A stretch of DNA of 64,000 nt from an uncultured Candidatus Saccharimonadales bacterium (lineage in GTDB: Bacteria; Patescibacteriota; Saccharimonadia; UBA4664), in contig CAZSRA010000001.1 of the NCBI GenBank assembly GCA_964609585.1, positions 220,697 through 284,696 of the forward strand. Reading direction: 5' to 3'. Position numbers and translations under genes: made by a program. Positions 38,679 to 47,873 of the stretch are shown here, piece by piece; position 1 is the stretch's first letter, and the number at the start of each line of letters is the position of its first letter. The notes below the pieces were generated by a model. The model saw only the letters and a list, made by a program, of their open reading frames with translations, was not told the origin of the DNA and searched no databases.

Positions 38679-41081
38679 ATGACGAAACTTGCGAGGAATC
38701 GAAGGGCTTTGTATGAGCCGTTGATTAATTCAGTGGGCACCGTGGGCCTGAGCCAGTGGCTCGCCGTGGCGCTTGCGGTGGTTGTGATTGGGGTATTGAT
38801 CGGAGGGATCGGTAGCAATCTGACCTCGGGACTAGAGGCTTTCGAGTTTAGCTACAATCCATATGCTTTTTTGTCGCTGATTGTGGTTGCGAGTAATCTC
38901 TGGTTGCTATTCTTTGTGGGGTGGGTGAAGTCTCGCTCGGCGAGTCTGGTGTGGCTTTCGGCCTATGTGGTTTGTCTTTTGTTGTGGTCGGCGGTGGACT
39001 TTTTGGTCCGGATTAGCGCTACGCCGGAGACAGCGCTTTTTTGGCAACCGATGGCCGCGGTGCCATACTTTTTTTCACCGGCTGTGCTATTTATGTTCGT
39101 TTTGAGCTATACGAAGCCAAATCAGGCCAGACACGGCTGGACAATGGCGGCTTTGTTTGTAACGGGGTCGTTATTGATCTTTTTTGATTTACGGACAACC
39201 TTGATCCATGATTACACGCAGCTTGGAGTGGCGAGCGGGTCCTGGAATGTGGTGACGCAGCCGGGGGTTTTGTTCAATGTCGCCCTACTATGGAGTGTTG
39301 GGCTGGTGCTGCTTGCGATGGGGTTGCTATTGCGATTTCATAGCCGGACGGTGGAAGCGGGGTCGCGGCTTCAGGCGCGATTTTTTATGGCGGCTGTATT
39401 TGTAGCTGGGGTTGCGAGTGTGGTGGGGGGTGGTGTGTGGCCGTTTGCCATTTTGTGTACGGCGGTAGCTGCAGCCGTGCTGGTGTACGGAGTTTGGCAT
39501 TATCAATCCCTAACGTTTAACCCACTTTTTGTAGCGACGAATATTTTGGAGACGATCAATGAGGCCGTGATTGGGGTGAGCCCTGATCTTAACGTGATGT
39601 ATGTGAACAAGGAGGCAAAGCGCTTGCTTGGCTATACTCAGGCACAGTTTGGGGCTTTGAAATTCCCCCATTTCTTGAGTCAGGAGTGGGACGCGCGGGT
39701 GCTAAAGAAGGCTTTGTTTGGACCACACGGCAGTGATGAAAATAACTTGTTTGACGCGATTGATTTGAGGCGCGCAGATGGCTCTACGGTAACGACCAAA
39801 CTGTCGGTGTCGCCGATTGTGGAGGACGGAGTGGCGCAGGGGCATTTGGTGGTAGTAACGGACATAAGTCGGATGGCTCACGAAACCGAGTTGATTGAGC
39901 GCACGGTGCTTGCGCGTACCCGGGAGGTGCAAGAGGCGCAGGCGACGCTGGTGGCATCGATTAATAGCATTAAGCTTGGCTTTATTATTACCGATAGCAA
40001 CCCAGAGGTTATCCGGGTAAATACGGTAGCGCATAATCTGTTTTGCCCGAGTTTTCGTAATCATGCGGCTGGCGATTGTACGCAGGTAACCATTGAGATG
40101 GTGCAGAGTCTTGTGCACGGTGATTTTTCGATTGCGAGCGATATCGCGACTTGTTTGAAGCGGCAATTGCCCCATGAGGTAAAAGATGTGTCGCTCAATG
40201 ATCATCACTGGCGATTGTATTTGTCGCCGATGGCCGTGGATCATGAGTCGATTGGGTGCGTAGTGTTGTTTCAGGATACGACCGAAGAACGGTTGCTGGA
40301 GCGCTCGCGTGATGAATTTTTCTCGATTGCCTCGCATGAGTTGCGCACGCCGCTTACGTCGATTAAAGGTAACTCGGCCTTGATTTTGCAGTATTATCAG
40401 GAGATCTTGAAGGATCAGGCTTTGAATGAAATGGTGGTGGACATTCATGATTCAAGCGATCGTTTGATTGAAATCGTGAATGACTTTTTGGATGTTTCGC
40501 GCTTGGAACAGGGGCGGATTGAATTTCACCTGGAGCAATTGTCGATTGCGAAGGTGATTGAAGAGGTGGTGTATGGGATGGGTGCGTTGCTCAAGCAAAA
40601 AGGCTTACACATAAAGCTGTCGCATAATATTTCGCGCTTGGATGCGCTCCCGATGGTGGTGGTGGACAAGAACCGGCTGAAGCAAATTTTGTTTAATTTG
40701 CTCGGGAATGCGGTGAAGTTTACGAGTAAGGGCTTCATTAAGATTGAGGCTGAGCTTTTGCAGGATGCCATAGAGGTGTCGATTACCGATTCGGGCATTG
40801 GGATTTCGCTGGAGTCCCAGGCGCTGCTGTTTCATAAATTTCAGCAAGCTGGGGATAGTATTTTGACCCGCGATAGCAGTCATGGGACGGGGCTTGGCCT
40901 CTACATTTCTCGGCTTTTGGCGGCTGGTATGGGTGGTAAGTTGGGTTTGCAAAAATCGGTGCTAGGTAAAGGAAGTACATTTTTCGTAAGAGTGCCGCTT
41001 TCGACACCGGCGCGACTCAGGCATTTGAACGATGTGAAGGTGGCGGCCGAGGCGGAAGAGGCGCTGGCGGATAAGAAATAA
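38679..41081 (+). CDS. sensor histidine kinase with N-terminal 7TM receptor domain, PAS, HisKA and HATPase (orphan; no adjacent response regulator)
   Basis: H-box SHELRTPLTSIKG; N and G boxes LLGNAVKF, DSGIGI, GTGLGLYI; about 7 TM helices at the N-terminus. Confidence 0.85.
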   Translation: MTKLARNRRALYEPLINSVGTVGLSQWLAVALAVVVIGVLIGGIGSNLTSGLEAFEFSYNPYAFLSLIVVASNLWLLFFVGWVKSRSASLVWLSAYVVCLLLWSAVDFLVRISATPETALFWQPMAAVPYFFSPAVLFMFVLSYTKPNQARHGWTMAALFVTGSLLIFFDLRTTLIHDYTQLGVASGSWNVVTQPGVLFNVALLWSVGLVLLAMGLLLRFHSRTVEAGSRLQARFFMAAVFVAGVASVVGGGVWPFAILCTAVAAAVLVYGVWHYQSLTFNPLFVATNILETINEAVIGVSPDLNVMYVNKEAKRLLGYTQAQFGALKFPHFLSQEWDARVLKKALFGPHGSDENNLFDAIDLRRADGSTVTTKLSVSPIVEDGVAQGHLVVVTDISRMAHETELIERTVLARTREVQEAQATLVASINSIKLGFIITDSNPEVIRVNTVAHNLFCPSFRNHAAGDCTQVTIEMVQSLVHGDFSIASDIATCLKRQLPHEVKDVSLNDHHWRLYLSPMAVDHESIGCVVLFQDTTEERLLERSRDEFFSIASHELRTPLTSIKGNSALILQYYQEILKDQALNEMVVDIHDSSDRLIEIVNDFLDVSRLEQGRIEFHLEQLSIAKVIEEVVYGMGALLKQKGLHIKLSHNISRLDALPMVVVDKNRLKQILFNLLGNAVKFTSKGFIKIEAELLQDAIEVSITDSGIGISLESQALLFHKFQQAGDSILTRDSSHGTGLGLYISRLLAAGMGGKLGLQKSVLGKGSTFFVRVPLSTPARLRHLNDVKVAAEAEEALADKK

Positions 41082-41127
41082 AAATTAGGCTTGCGGTCGC
41101 GGATTATTGCGCTTATGCTTACTGCAT

Positions 41128-41808
41128 ATGGCACTCATAAGTGTAAAAAACTTGACACGGACATATAAGCTTGGTGGCGAGACCTTTAACGCACTTGATG
41201 ACGTGTCGCTCGAAGTGGAGGCGGGTGAGTTTGTGGCGATTACCGGACCTTCGGGCTCGGGTAAGTCGACGCTGGCCAATATTATTGGCGGACTCGACCG
41301 TCCCTCGGCTGGGAGCGTGATGGTGGATGGGGTGAGTTTGAAGGATGCTGGCGATAAACCGCTATCGGAATACCGGAATCATCACATTGGCTTTGTGTTT
41401 CAGTCGTTTAACTTGCAGGCACACGAGACGACGCTGGAGAATGTGATGATGCCGCTCGTGCTTGCGCGCATGAAACGGCGCGACCGTGTGAAACGAGCCA
41501 CGGAATGCTTGACGGCTGTGGGTCTGGCTGACCGATTGCGCCACAAGCCTACGGAGCTTTCGGGTGGGCAGCGGCAGCGGGTAGCGATTGCGCGGGCGCT
41601 GGCCGTAAAGCCATCGATCATTATCGCCGATGAGCCAACGGGGAATCTTGATTCGGCTCGTGGGCTCGAGGTAATGGAACTGCTCAAAAAACTCAATAAG
41701 GACGGGATTACGCTGATCATAATTACGCATGATGCGAGTATTGCGGCCATGGCGGACCGGACGGTGACAATTAAGGATGGCCATTTAACGGTGAAACGAG
41801 GCGCTTAA
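41128..41808 (+). CDS. ABC transporter ATP-binding protein, MacB/LolD/FtsE-like
   Basis: Walker A GPSGSGKST, signature LSGGQRQRVAIARAL, Walker B IIADEPT. Start taken at MALISV; the ORF could extend back to 41107. Confidence 0.8.
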   Translation: MALISVKNLTRTYKLGGETFNALDDVSLEVEAGEFVAITGPSGSGKSTLANIIGGLDRPSAGSVMVDGVSLKDAGDKPLSEYRNHHIGFVFQSFNLQAHETTLENVMMPLVLARMKRRDRVKRATECLTAVGLADRLRHKPTELSGGQRQRVAIARALAVKPSIIIADEPTGNLDSARGLEVMELLKKLNKDGITLIIITHDASIAAMADRTVTIKDGHLTVKRGA

Positions 41809-41809
41809 G

Positions 41810-43240
41810 ATGCGGTTTAGTGACATTATTTTGACGGCTCTGCGTAACATTCGACGGCAGAAGCTGCGGTCGGTGCTAACGATTTTTGCGGTGGTGATTG
41901 GTGCAACTTCGGTAACCATAATGCTCGCGCTAGTGACGGGGGTGAAGACGTTTTTTGTGAGCCAGTTTTCGGCCAATGGGACATTGCAGCAGATTGCGAT
42001 TTCGCAGAAGGCGGATCTCACGAAATTTGGCGACGCTGGGCATGATGGTGGTGGGTGTGATAGCTGCGTGAAGCTGACGGACGCTATGACGGACAAGATT
42101 AAGGCGATTCCGCACGTGACCGGCGTGGCACGGAATTTAACCTCTGGGATGGTGGAATCGATTACGTACAACGGGGTGAAATTGAGTCTGCAACAGGTGG
42201 TGGGCTACGATGCCAACGGTGTAGTGACGAACACGATGTCGGCGGGGCGTGACATTGGGCCGAGTGATATGGCGGATGTGATTACGGTAACGAGTGAATA
42301 CGCCGATAAATGGGGCTTTAAGGGGCACTATTCGGATCTGTTGGGCAAGCAGGCGCAACTGACCACGCGTGGCGGCTATAGCGGCGTGGGTGCGACGGTC
42401 ACTCCCCCATCGAACCAGCCAGGCAACGGTGGCAATAATGATCCGCGAAATATGCCGGCGACGGTGCTTACGGCGACTATTGTGGGAGTGCAAGATTCGG
42501 GCGGCGATAATGGTGGGCAATCGGTGCGGGGTCCATTGGCCTGGGTACGACAGATGAATGTGCAGCACATGTACCAAATGACCGCGGCGGATCAGAAGGC
42601 CAATGAAAGCCAGTGTCGGAATGTGCCGGGGCCGTGCAACCCGGTGCAACATATGACGCTGGTGGCTGAGGATCAATTTGATAGCTCTGGTTACAATTCG
42701 CTGACGGCGAAGGTGGATGATCCGAAGAATGCGGCGGCTGCGGTGGTGGAGATTAAGAAATTGGGTGTGGGAGCAGCGGATGCGGAGAGCTTCATTAAAG
42801 CGCAACTGACGATCTTTAACATTATTGGTTATGTGCTCGGTGGGATCGGCGGCATTGCGCTTCTCGTTGCCACGATCGGGGTGATTAACACGATGGTGAT
42901 GGCGATTTTGGAGCGCACACGCGAGATCGGAGTGCTGCGGGCGTGCGGCGCTACGAAGAGTACGATCCGGCGGCTGTTTACGATTGAGGCGGGGCTGTTG
43001 GGCTTTTGGGGTGGAGTGTTTGGAGTGGCTTTCGGGTACGGGCTGACGCTGGTGGCGAACGTTTTGATCAATCAGCAACTGCACACCAACGCAGTAAAAG
43101 CGGCCAACATTATTGCATTGCCGTGGTGGCTCATTGGAAGCGTGATTGGGGCGACGACGGTGATTGGGATGCTGGCTGGACTGTATCCGGCAATGCGGGC
43201 AGCGCGGCTCAATCCGGTGGATGCGCTGCGGTACGAATAG
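41810..43240 (+). CDS. ABC transporter permease, FtsX/MacB-type with large periplasmic domain
   Basis: One TM helix, a periplasmic domain of about 270 aa, then the FtsX 3-TM module (GVINTMVMAILERTREIGVLRACGA). Confidence 0.75.
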   Translation: MRFSDIILTALRNIRRQKLRSVLTIFAVVIGATSVTIMLALVTGVKTFFVSQFSANGTLQQIAISQKADLTKFGDAGHDGGGCDSCVKLTDAMTDKIKAIPHVTGVARNLTSGMVESITYNGVKLSLQQVVGYDANGVVTNTMSAGRDIGPSDMADVITVTSEYADKWGFKGHYSDLLGKQAQLTTRGGYSGVGATVTPPSNQPGNGGNNDPRNMPATVLTATIVGVQDSGGDNGGQSVRGPLAWVRQMNVQHMYQMTAADQKANESQCRNVPGPCNPVQHMTLVAEDQFDSSGYNSLTAKVDDPKNAAAAVVEIKKLGVGAADAESFIKAQLTIFNIIGYVLGGIGGIALLVATIGVINTMVMAILERTREIGVLRACGATKSTIRRLFTIEAGLLGFWGGVFGVAFGYGLTLVANVLINQQLHTNAVKAANIIALPWWLIGSVIGATTVIGMLAGLYPAMRAARLNPVDALRYE

Positions 43241-43434
43241 GCATCAACTACTTCCAAATCTAAGTCAGTAGTTCTAGGGTAACGACGCTTTAACTGATCA
43301 CTTTTAAATTACGTAAAAAGCCTTTTTCTTCTATCCCATCTCACGCAGTTCCCCGGCCGTAGGGTCGAGGGGATTCATTTAAGCTCTGCGAAAATTCTTC
43401 GATTCTCGAGTTTGGGGGAGTGTAAACTATAAAG

Positions 43435-43463
43435 TTGATATATTATGCTAAATATTATATAAT
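43435..43463 (+). promoter_or_regulatory. consensus sigma70-type promoter (TTGATA-17 bp-TATAAT)
   Basis: -35 TTGATA at 43435-43440, an exact 17-bp spacer, and a perfect -10 TATAAT at 43458-43463. The GAAGGAG RBS lies 6 nt before the ATG at 43511. Confidence 0.55.
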
Positions 43464-43510
43464 GTAAAAGTCATCCAGACCCACCCCCAAGAGAGAACGA
43501 AGGAGACAGC

Positions 43511-43822
43511 ATGGTCACCGATATGGTGCACAGGATGCTGAGAGTGTCCGATGTCAACGGACACGGCTGGGATGTCCTCGTCTGGGGCACACTGCCCGAA
43601 GTCGAAGCCATTCGTGACCGCCTACTCGCTCAAATCGCAAGCGGCGAGGTCACCACGACCTTCACGGTTCATCGCGGACCGAACGACATCAAGACCCTCA
43701 CCATGGAGCTGCCGGCCGTCACGTGCGAGTTGGTCCCCACGTATCTCGTACGAATCACCGGGACAGTCACGGACGATGGCGATCGCCTCACCATGCAGGC
43801 TGACGACACCAGTACTGCCTAG
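43511..43822 (+). CDS. small hypothetical protein (103 aa), cassette gene 1
   Basis: Strong RBS and promoter. Codon third positions are C-rich on the + strand, against the local G/T strand bias. No recognisable domain. Confidence 0.5.
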   Translation: MVTDMVHRMLRVSDVNGHGWDVLVWGTLPEVEAIRDRLLAQIASGEVTTTFTVHRGPNDIKTLTMELPAVTCELVPTYLVRITGTVTDDGDRLTMQADDTSTA

Positions 43823-43859
43823 CGACGCTGAAGCTCTCGCCCGCCAAGAGTCCACAACT

Positions 43860-44060
43860 ATGGACTACGACTTCGGCGGGCGGGTCAAGGACTTCGAGGC
43901 GCTGTATGTCGCCGAGACCTTCGAGCACATGTGTCAGCTCCACGACACCTGTCAGAACGGTGTCGGCTCCAGCATCGACTGGTACATCGGCCAGGACGAG
44001 ATTGGCACCATCACTGCGCTGGACATCACCCAGCTGGAAACGAACAGCAAGCTGAGCTAG
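43860..44060 (+). CDS. small hypothetical protein (66 aa), cassette gene 2
   Basis: ATG-initiated ORF 37 nt after gene 1 with the same C-rich codon bias. The 169-aa ORF of the ORF track covers it in this frame, but the first half of that ORF is out of frame with gene 1. Confidence 0.35.
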   Translation: MDYDFGGRVKDFEALYVAETFEHMCQLHDTCQNGVGSSIDWYIGQDEIGTITALDITQLETNSKLS

Positions 44061-44069
44061 GCCTCGGCC

Positions 44070-44136
44070 GGGCTAGTAGCTCAAGGGTAGAGCACCGCGC
44101 AAGCGGAGGTAGCAGGTTCGAATCCTGCCTAGTTCG
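44070..44136 (+). pseudogene. degenerate tRNA-like element (intact acceptor, D and T arms; anticodon arm truncated)
   Basis: GGGCTAG-TA-GCTC-AAGGGTA-GAGC and GCAGG-TTCGAAT-CCTGC-CTAGTTC-G fit tRNA acceptor/D/T geometry. Only 17 nt lie between the D and T arms where about 22 are needed, and no CCA is encoded. Confidence 0.45.
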
Positions 44137-44143
44137 CAAATAA

Positions 44144-44185
44144 CCCCGGATATTCATAGTGGTATCCGGGGTTCATGCCTTTTTG
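44144..44185 (+). terminator. intrinsic terminator-like hairpin
   Basis: Perfect 9-bp stem CCCCGGATA/TATCCGGGG with a 10-nt loop, followed by a TTTTT run. Confidence 0.5.
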
Positions 44186-44271
44186 GTCTAATGGATAATG
44201 GGTGATCTCACTTAGCGACTTATTGAAAACGGATCGCGGATGCGTGGTCTGTGATATATTCTGACCGTGTG

Positions 44272-45402
44272 CTAGCTTTTTACGACTTCCCAGGGGAATT
44301 CGGGGCGGCCGAAGTGACCATAGGCGGCGGTGGCGCGGTAGATGGGGCGACGCAGGTCTAGACCTTCAATGATGCCTTTGACGCTGGTGTCGAGGAGGTT
44401 GTGGCAAAAGGCGTCAATTTCTTTCGGGGTAGCATGGGCGGTGCCGAAGGTGTCGACTTCTTGCATGACGGGGTGCTTGGCGCCAATGAAATAAGCGAGA
44501 GCCACTTCGGCGCGGTCGGCAAGGCCAGCGGCTACGAGGTTTTTGGCGAGGTAGCGAGCGGCGTAGGCGGCGGAGCGGTCGACTTTGGTCGGGTCCTTGC
44601 CGCTGAAGGCGCCGCCGCCCACGCGGGCGTAGCCACCATAGCCATCGACAACGATTTTGCGACCAGTGAGGCCAGCGTCGCTGACGGGACCAGAGATGTG
44701 CCAGATGCCGGTGCCGTTTACGACGACGTCGATGGGCTCGATGTTGAAGTTGTAGCGTTTGAGCGTGGGGACAATGATGGTTTTGTAGATGTCGTGTTTG
44801 ACCTGCTCAAGTTTGACGTGTTCCTGATGGGGTACAGCAATCGTGACATGGGAGATGCCAACGGCTTTGCCGTCTTGATATTTAACGGTGACTTGGGCTT
44901 TGCCGTCGGGGCGGAGGTAGCTGAGGCGGCCGGACTCGCGGGCTTGGTCGATAGCGAGGGTGAGCTGGTGCGCTAGCGTAATAGGCAAAGGCATGAGCTC
45001 AGGAGTTTCGCGGCAAGCGTAGCCGAACATCATGCCTTGGTCGCCGGCACCGTCTAGGTCTACGCCGGCCGCGATTTCAGGTGATTGCTGGCGAATATAG
45101 ATGTCGATGGCGGCTTGGTCGTTGAAGCTTAGAGCGGGGTCGGTGTAGCCGAGGCGGCGGATTTCGGTGCGAACGATGTTTTCGAGATCGAGTTTAGCGG
45201 TAGTGAGGATTTCGCCGGCTAAAATTACGCGGCCAGCTGTGGCCAGGGTTTCGACGCCAGTATGGCCATTGGGATCTTGGCGGAGGATTTCATCGACGAT
45301 AGCGTCGGAGATTTGGTCGCAGACTTTGTCGGGATGACCGGCACAGACGCTTTCGGAGGTGAAGAATTGGATGGGCATGAGAAAACCTTTCTCCGAAGGC
45401 AA
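44272..45402 (-). CDS. metK: S-adenosylmethionine synthetase
   Basis: GHPDKVCDQISDAIVD and GGGAFSGKDPTKVDRSAAY signatures. Confidence 0.92.
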   Translation of the reverse strand: MPSEKGFLMPIQFFTSESVCAGHPDKVCDQISDAIVDEILRQDPNGHTGVETLATAGRVILAGEILTTAKLDLENIVRTEIRRLGYTDPALSFNDQAAIDIYIRQQSPEIAAGVDLDGAGDQGMMFGYACRETPELMPLPITLAHQLTLAIDQARESGRLSYLRPDGKAQVTVKYQDGKAVGISHVTIAVPHQEHVKLEQVKHDIYKTIIVPTLKRYNFNIEPIDVVVNGTGIWHISGPVSDAGLTGRKIVVDGYGGYARVGGGAFSGKDPTKVDRSAAYAARYLAKNLVAAGLADRAEVALAYFIGAKHPVMQEVDTFGTAHATPKEIDAFCHNLLDTSVKGIIEGLDLRRPIYRATAAYGHFGRPEFPWEVVKS

Positions 45403-45574
45403 GAAAGGTGTAGTGACTTCACATATCTCCCCGATCGGGCTAGACGTAGCACCTTCATGTTTAGATGAGGTTGCTGGCAGGTCGACGGGCTAGATCCCTC
45501 GCTGCACTCTTGATATGAATTATTTGATTGTACGGCTTATGTTACGCGTTTGATGTTGGTTCGGCAATGGGTTT

Positions 45575-46981
45575 TTAGCTGATTTCGGGCAGAATGCTTT
45601 CGGCCCAGAGCTTGACGTCGGTGAGGATGCTGAGAGCTTCGTTGCTCGCGTTTTGGCTGGCGGTTTCGAGGCTCGTGGCAAAGGTGGGCCAATCGGCCTG
45701 GAGGCGATTGGTGCGGTAGGTGTTCCAGGCGCTCTGTTCGTCTAGGCTTAGGGTTTCGGGGAAATTGCGAGCTTTGTAGCGTGTGAATAATTCCGGCAGG
45801 CGGGAGTCGGCAAAATGCGGGTTGAGGTTGGCGAGCGTTTCGGGGCTTGCGGTTCGGACTTTGCCAGCTTCGAGTTTATCTTGCTGGCCTAGGAAGCCTT
45901 CGTAGAGGCGGGCATCGACGTCGACGAATGGTTTGTAGTCGCGTGGTTTCATGACGGCTTGGAGCTTGGTGATGAGGCCGCTGGCTTGAAGGGCGGCTAA
46001 ATGCTGGGTCGCGGCGGAAGCGGTAAGGCCGATGCGCGTTTCGGCGGTGGCATCGAGGGTGACAAGCGGCGCTACAGCCGGGCAGTTGCCGAACGTAAGC
46101 TCTTTGACTGGGAAGGGTTTGAAACCGGATTTTGTGCGGTCTGCGGCTTTGGCGAAACGGAGTGCGGCGAGGTCTTCCACCGACATCTCGGCGTATTGGG
46201 CCGGGTTTTGGCGCAGGTCGTAGACGATTGCCGTGCCGTTTTGGCCTTCTGCTATCGGAAAAGCGATGGTGGTGTGGTGATGGTCTTTGGGGTAGCGACC
46301 GGAAGTATAGACGAAGGGTTTCGGATTTTTTACGTTTACGATTTTTGCGACTTCGTGTTTGCTGCGGAGGTTGAGGAGATAATGGAAGAGTTTGGGCTGA
46401 GACTTTCGCAGGTGTCTCGCGACCGCGATGAGAGCGGTGACGTCGCTGAGAGCATCGTGAGCATGGGTATGCTCGAGTTGGTTGGCGCTGGCGAGGTGTG
46501 CTAGTTTGTTTGACGGCCTCCCTTCTTCGTCTACGGGCCAGGTGAAGCCGTCGGGGCGGAGGGCGCGTGTCATGCGCATGGTGTCGAGTAGGTCCCAGCG
46601 TGAGCGGTCTTCGGACCAAGCCCATTCGTAGGGGTCGTAGAAATTGCGATAGTATAGAAAGCGGATGAATGTGTCGTCAAAACGGACACTATTGAAGCCG
46701 GTGGCGATGGTGCCGGGCGTGAAGACTTCGGTGTTTAGAATTTTCATGAGTTCGGCTTCGGTGATGCCTTCGCGGACTGTTTTTTGTGGGGTAATGCCGG
46801 TGACGAGGATGGCATAGGGGCTCGGCAGTACTTCATCGGTAAGTTTTACGAGCAGATTGACAGGCTCTCCTACTGGCTCGAGTTCGAGGGTGGTGCGCTG
46901 GCCGGCAAATTGCATGATGCGGTCGCGTTTGGGGTCGAAGCCGGAGGTTTCGAGATCGTAGAAGAAGAAGGTTTGAGGCAT
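45575..46981 (-). CDS. sbcB: exodeoxyribonuclease I (DnaQ-like 3'-5' exonuclease with SH3-like and C-terminal helical domains)
   Basis: N-terminus TFFFYDLETSGFDPKRDRIMQFAGQRT closely parallels the E. coli ExoI Exo I motif; length 468 aa. Confidence 0.75.
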   Translation of the reverse strand: MPQTFFFYDLETSGFDPKRDRIMQFAGQRTTLELEPVGEPVNLLVKLTDEVLPSPYAILVTGITPQKTVREGITEAELMKILNTEVFTPGTIATGFNSVRFDDTFIRFLYYRNFYDPYEWAWSEDRSRWDLLDTMRMTRALRPDGFTWPVDEEGRPSNKLAHLASANQLEHTHAHDALSDVTALIAVARHLRKSQPKLFHYLLNLRSKHEVAKIVNVKNPKPFVYTSGRYPKDHHHTTIAFPIAEGQNGTAIVYDLRQNPAQYAEMSVEDLAALRFAKAADRTKSGFKPFPVKELTFGNCPAVAPLVTLDATAETRIGLTASAATQHLAALQASGLITKLQAVMKPRDYKPFVDVDARLYEGFLGQQDKLEAGKVRTASPETLANLNPHFADSRLPELFTRYKARNFPETLSLDEQSAWNTYRTNRLQADWPTFATSLETASQNASNEALSILTDVKLWAESILPEIS

Positions 46982-47030
46982 GTGGATAGTTTATCATTAC
47001 GCAATAGCAAAAACTCTATTGAGCCTGGAT

Positions 47031-47624
47031 CTAAAGCAGAAAGCCTGCCTCTAGCTGCTCTAAAGCTTGGTCGAACCTGCTGAGATAATTTTCATGGATA
47101 CTATTGTCTTGGTCGCTTAAAACTCCGATAGCTATCCCCATAAGGGTACTTGCAAGTGTGCGCACCGCAAGGTCGTCCTTGGAACGTTTAGAACGCTCGG
47201 CGATGAGCCCTGCAAGCAAGTTCATATTTGTGGAGGCTTCATCTAACATAGCCATTCTTAGCTTTGGAACGGTACGAATTAAGGTCATGCGTTGCTCATG
47301 GAGCTTATTTTCCTGCGAGTTTGTGGCTGAGTTTAAGAATATTTGGCTCAGTGTTTTGCGGAGAGCCTGAATGGTAGTAATGTCTGGGGATTGGGCGCGA
47401 AACGTGTTTATAAGATCGGGGTCAAGACTGTTATAAAGCACGGCGGCTTCTTTGGTTGGGAAGTGCCTAAAAAAAGTACTGCGTGAAACTTTGGCCATCT
47501 CAGCAATTTGTTCGACGGTTACAGCGTCGTAGCCATGCTTAGCGAATAAAGCTACTGCTTCTTTATGAATGGTGTCGAGCAGAGCCCGTCTTTTTCGTTC
47601 TCTGAGTCCTATGCGAGTTTTCAT
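47031..47624 (-). CDS. TetR/AcrR-family transcriptional regulator
   Basis: N-terminal HTH: FAKHGYDAVTVEQIAEMAKVSRSTFFRHFPTKE. Confidence 0.85.
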   Translation of the reverse strand: MKTRIGLRERKRRALLDTIHKEAVALFAKHGYDAVTVEQIAEMAKVSRSTFFRHFPTKEAAVLYNSLDPDLINTFRAQSPDITTIQALRKTLSQIFLNSATNSQENKLHEQRMTLIRTVPKLRMAMLDEASTNMNLLAGLIAERSKRSKDDLAVRTLASTLMGIAIGVLSDQDNSIHENYLSRFDQALEQLEAGFLL

Positions 47625-47783
47625 ATGATTACCGTTGGTTTGTTGATGCTTCTGAGGTGGTATTTGTACGCGGGAATAAAGGGACGCTGCCTGAAAAATT
47701 AGCGTTCTAGATGAGCTGCTTATATTTTTCTGCTCCCATTACGTATGCAATGATAACGGAATTTAATATAAAATGGAACTGAG

Positions 47784-47823
47784 TGTCAATATCCTTGACA
47801 GCAAAATTCTTTTGTATTTATAT
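47784..47823 (+). promoter_or_regulatory. palindromic operator TGTCAA-N5-TTGACA overlapping a putative -35/-10 promoter (TTGACA-17-TTATAT)
   Basis: Perfect 6-bp inverted repeat at 47784-47800 whose right half is a consensus -35, with a TTATAT hexamer 17 bp downstream. It lies in the tetR / SnoaL-like divergent intergenic region. Confidence 0.45.
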
Positions 47824-47873
47824 TCAAACTGTCCCCCAAAAAATAAAAGATAAATGAAGGAAGAAGAGCGAGC

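Noticed and set aside
39702-40448. 248-aa - strand ORF
   Set aside because: It is antisense within the histidine kinase gene and His/Arg-rich, so it is an artefact.
42137-43084. 315-aa - strand ORF
   Set aside because: It is antisense within the FtsX-type permease and composed of Arg/His-rich low-complexity sequence.
43551-44060. 169-aa ORF spanning both cassette genes in one frame
   Set aside because: Its first half is out of frame with the strongly signalled ORF at 43511 (promoter plus RBS) and is translated from the same DNA. Only its C-terminal 66 codons (from ATG 43860) are plausibly a separate gene.
44070-44136. Possibility that the tRNA-like element is a functional tRNA gene
   Set aside because: Only 17 nt lie between the D and T arms, too few for a 5-bp anticodon stem, a 7-nt loop and a variable loop, and no CCA is encoded. 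It is reported as a degenerate tRNA-like element instead.
45876-46625. 249-aa - strand ORF in an alternate frame of sbcB
   Set aside because: It overlaps sbcB and is Arg/Pro-rich low complexity with no start context.
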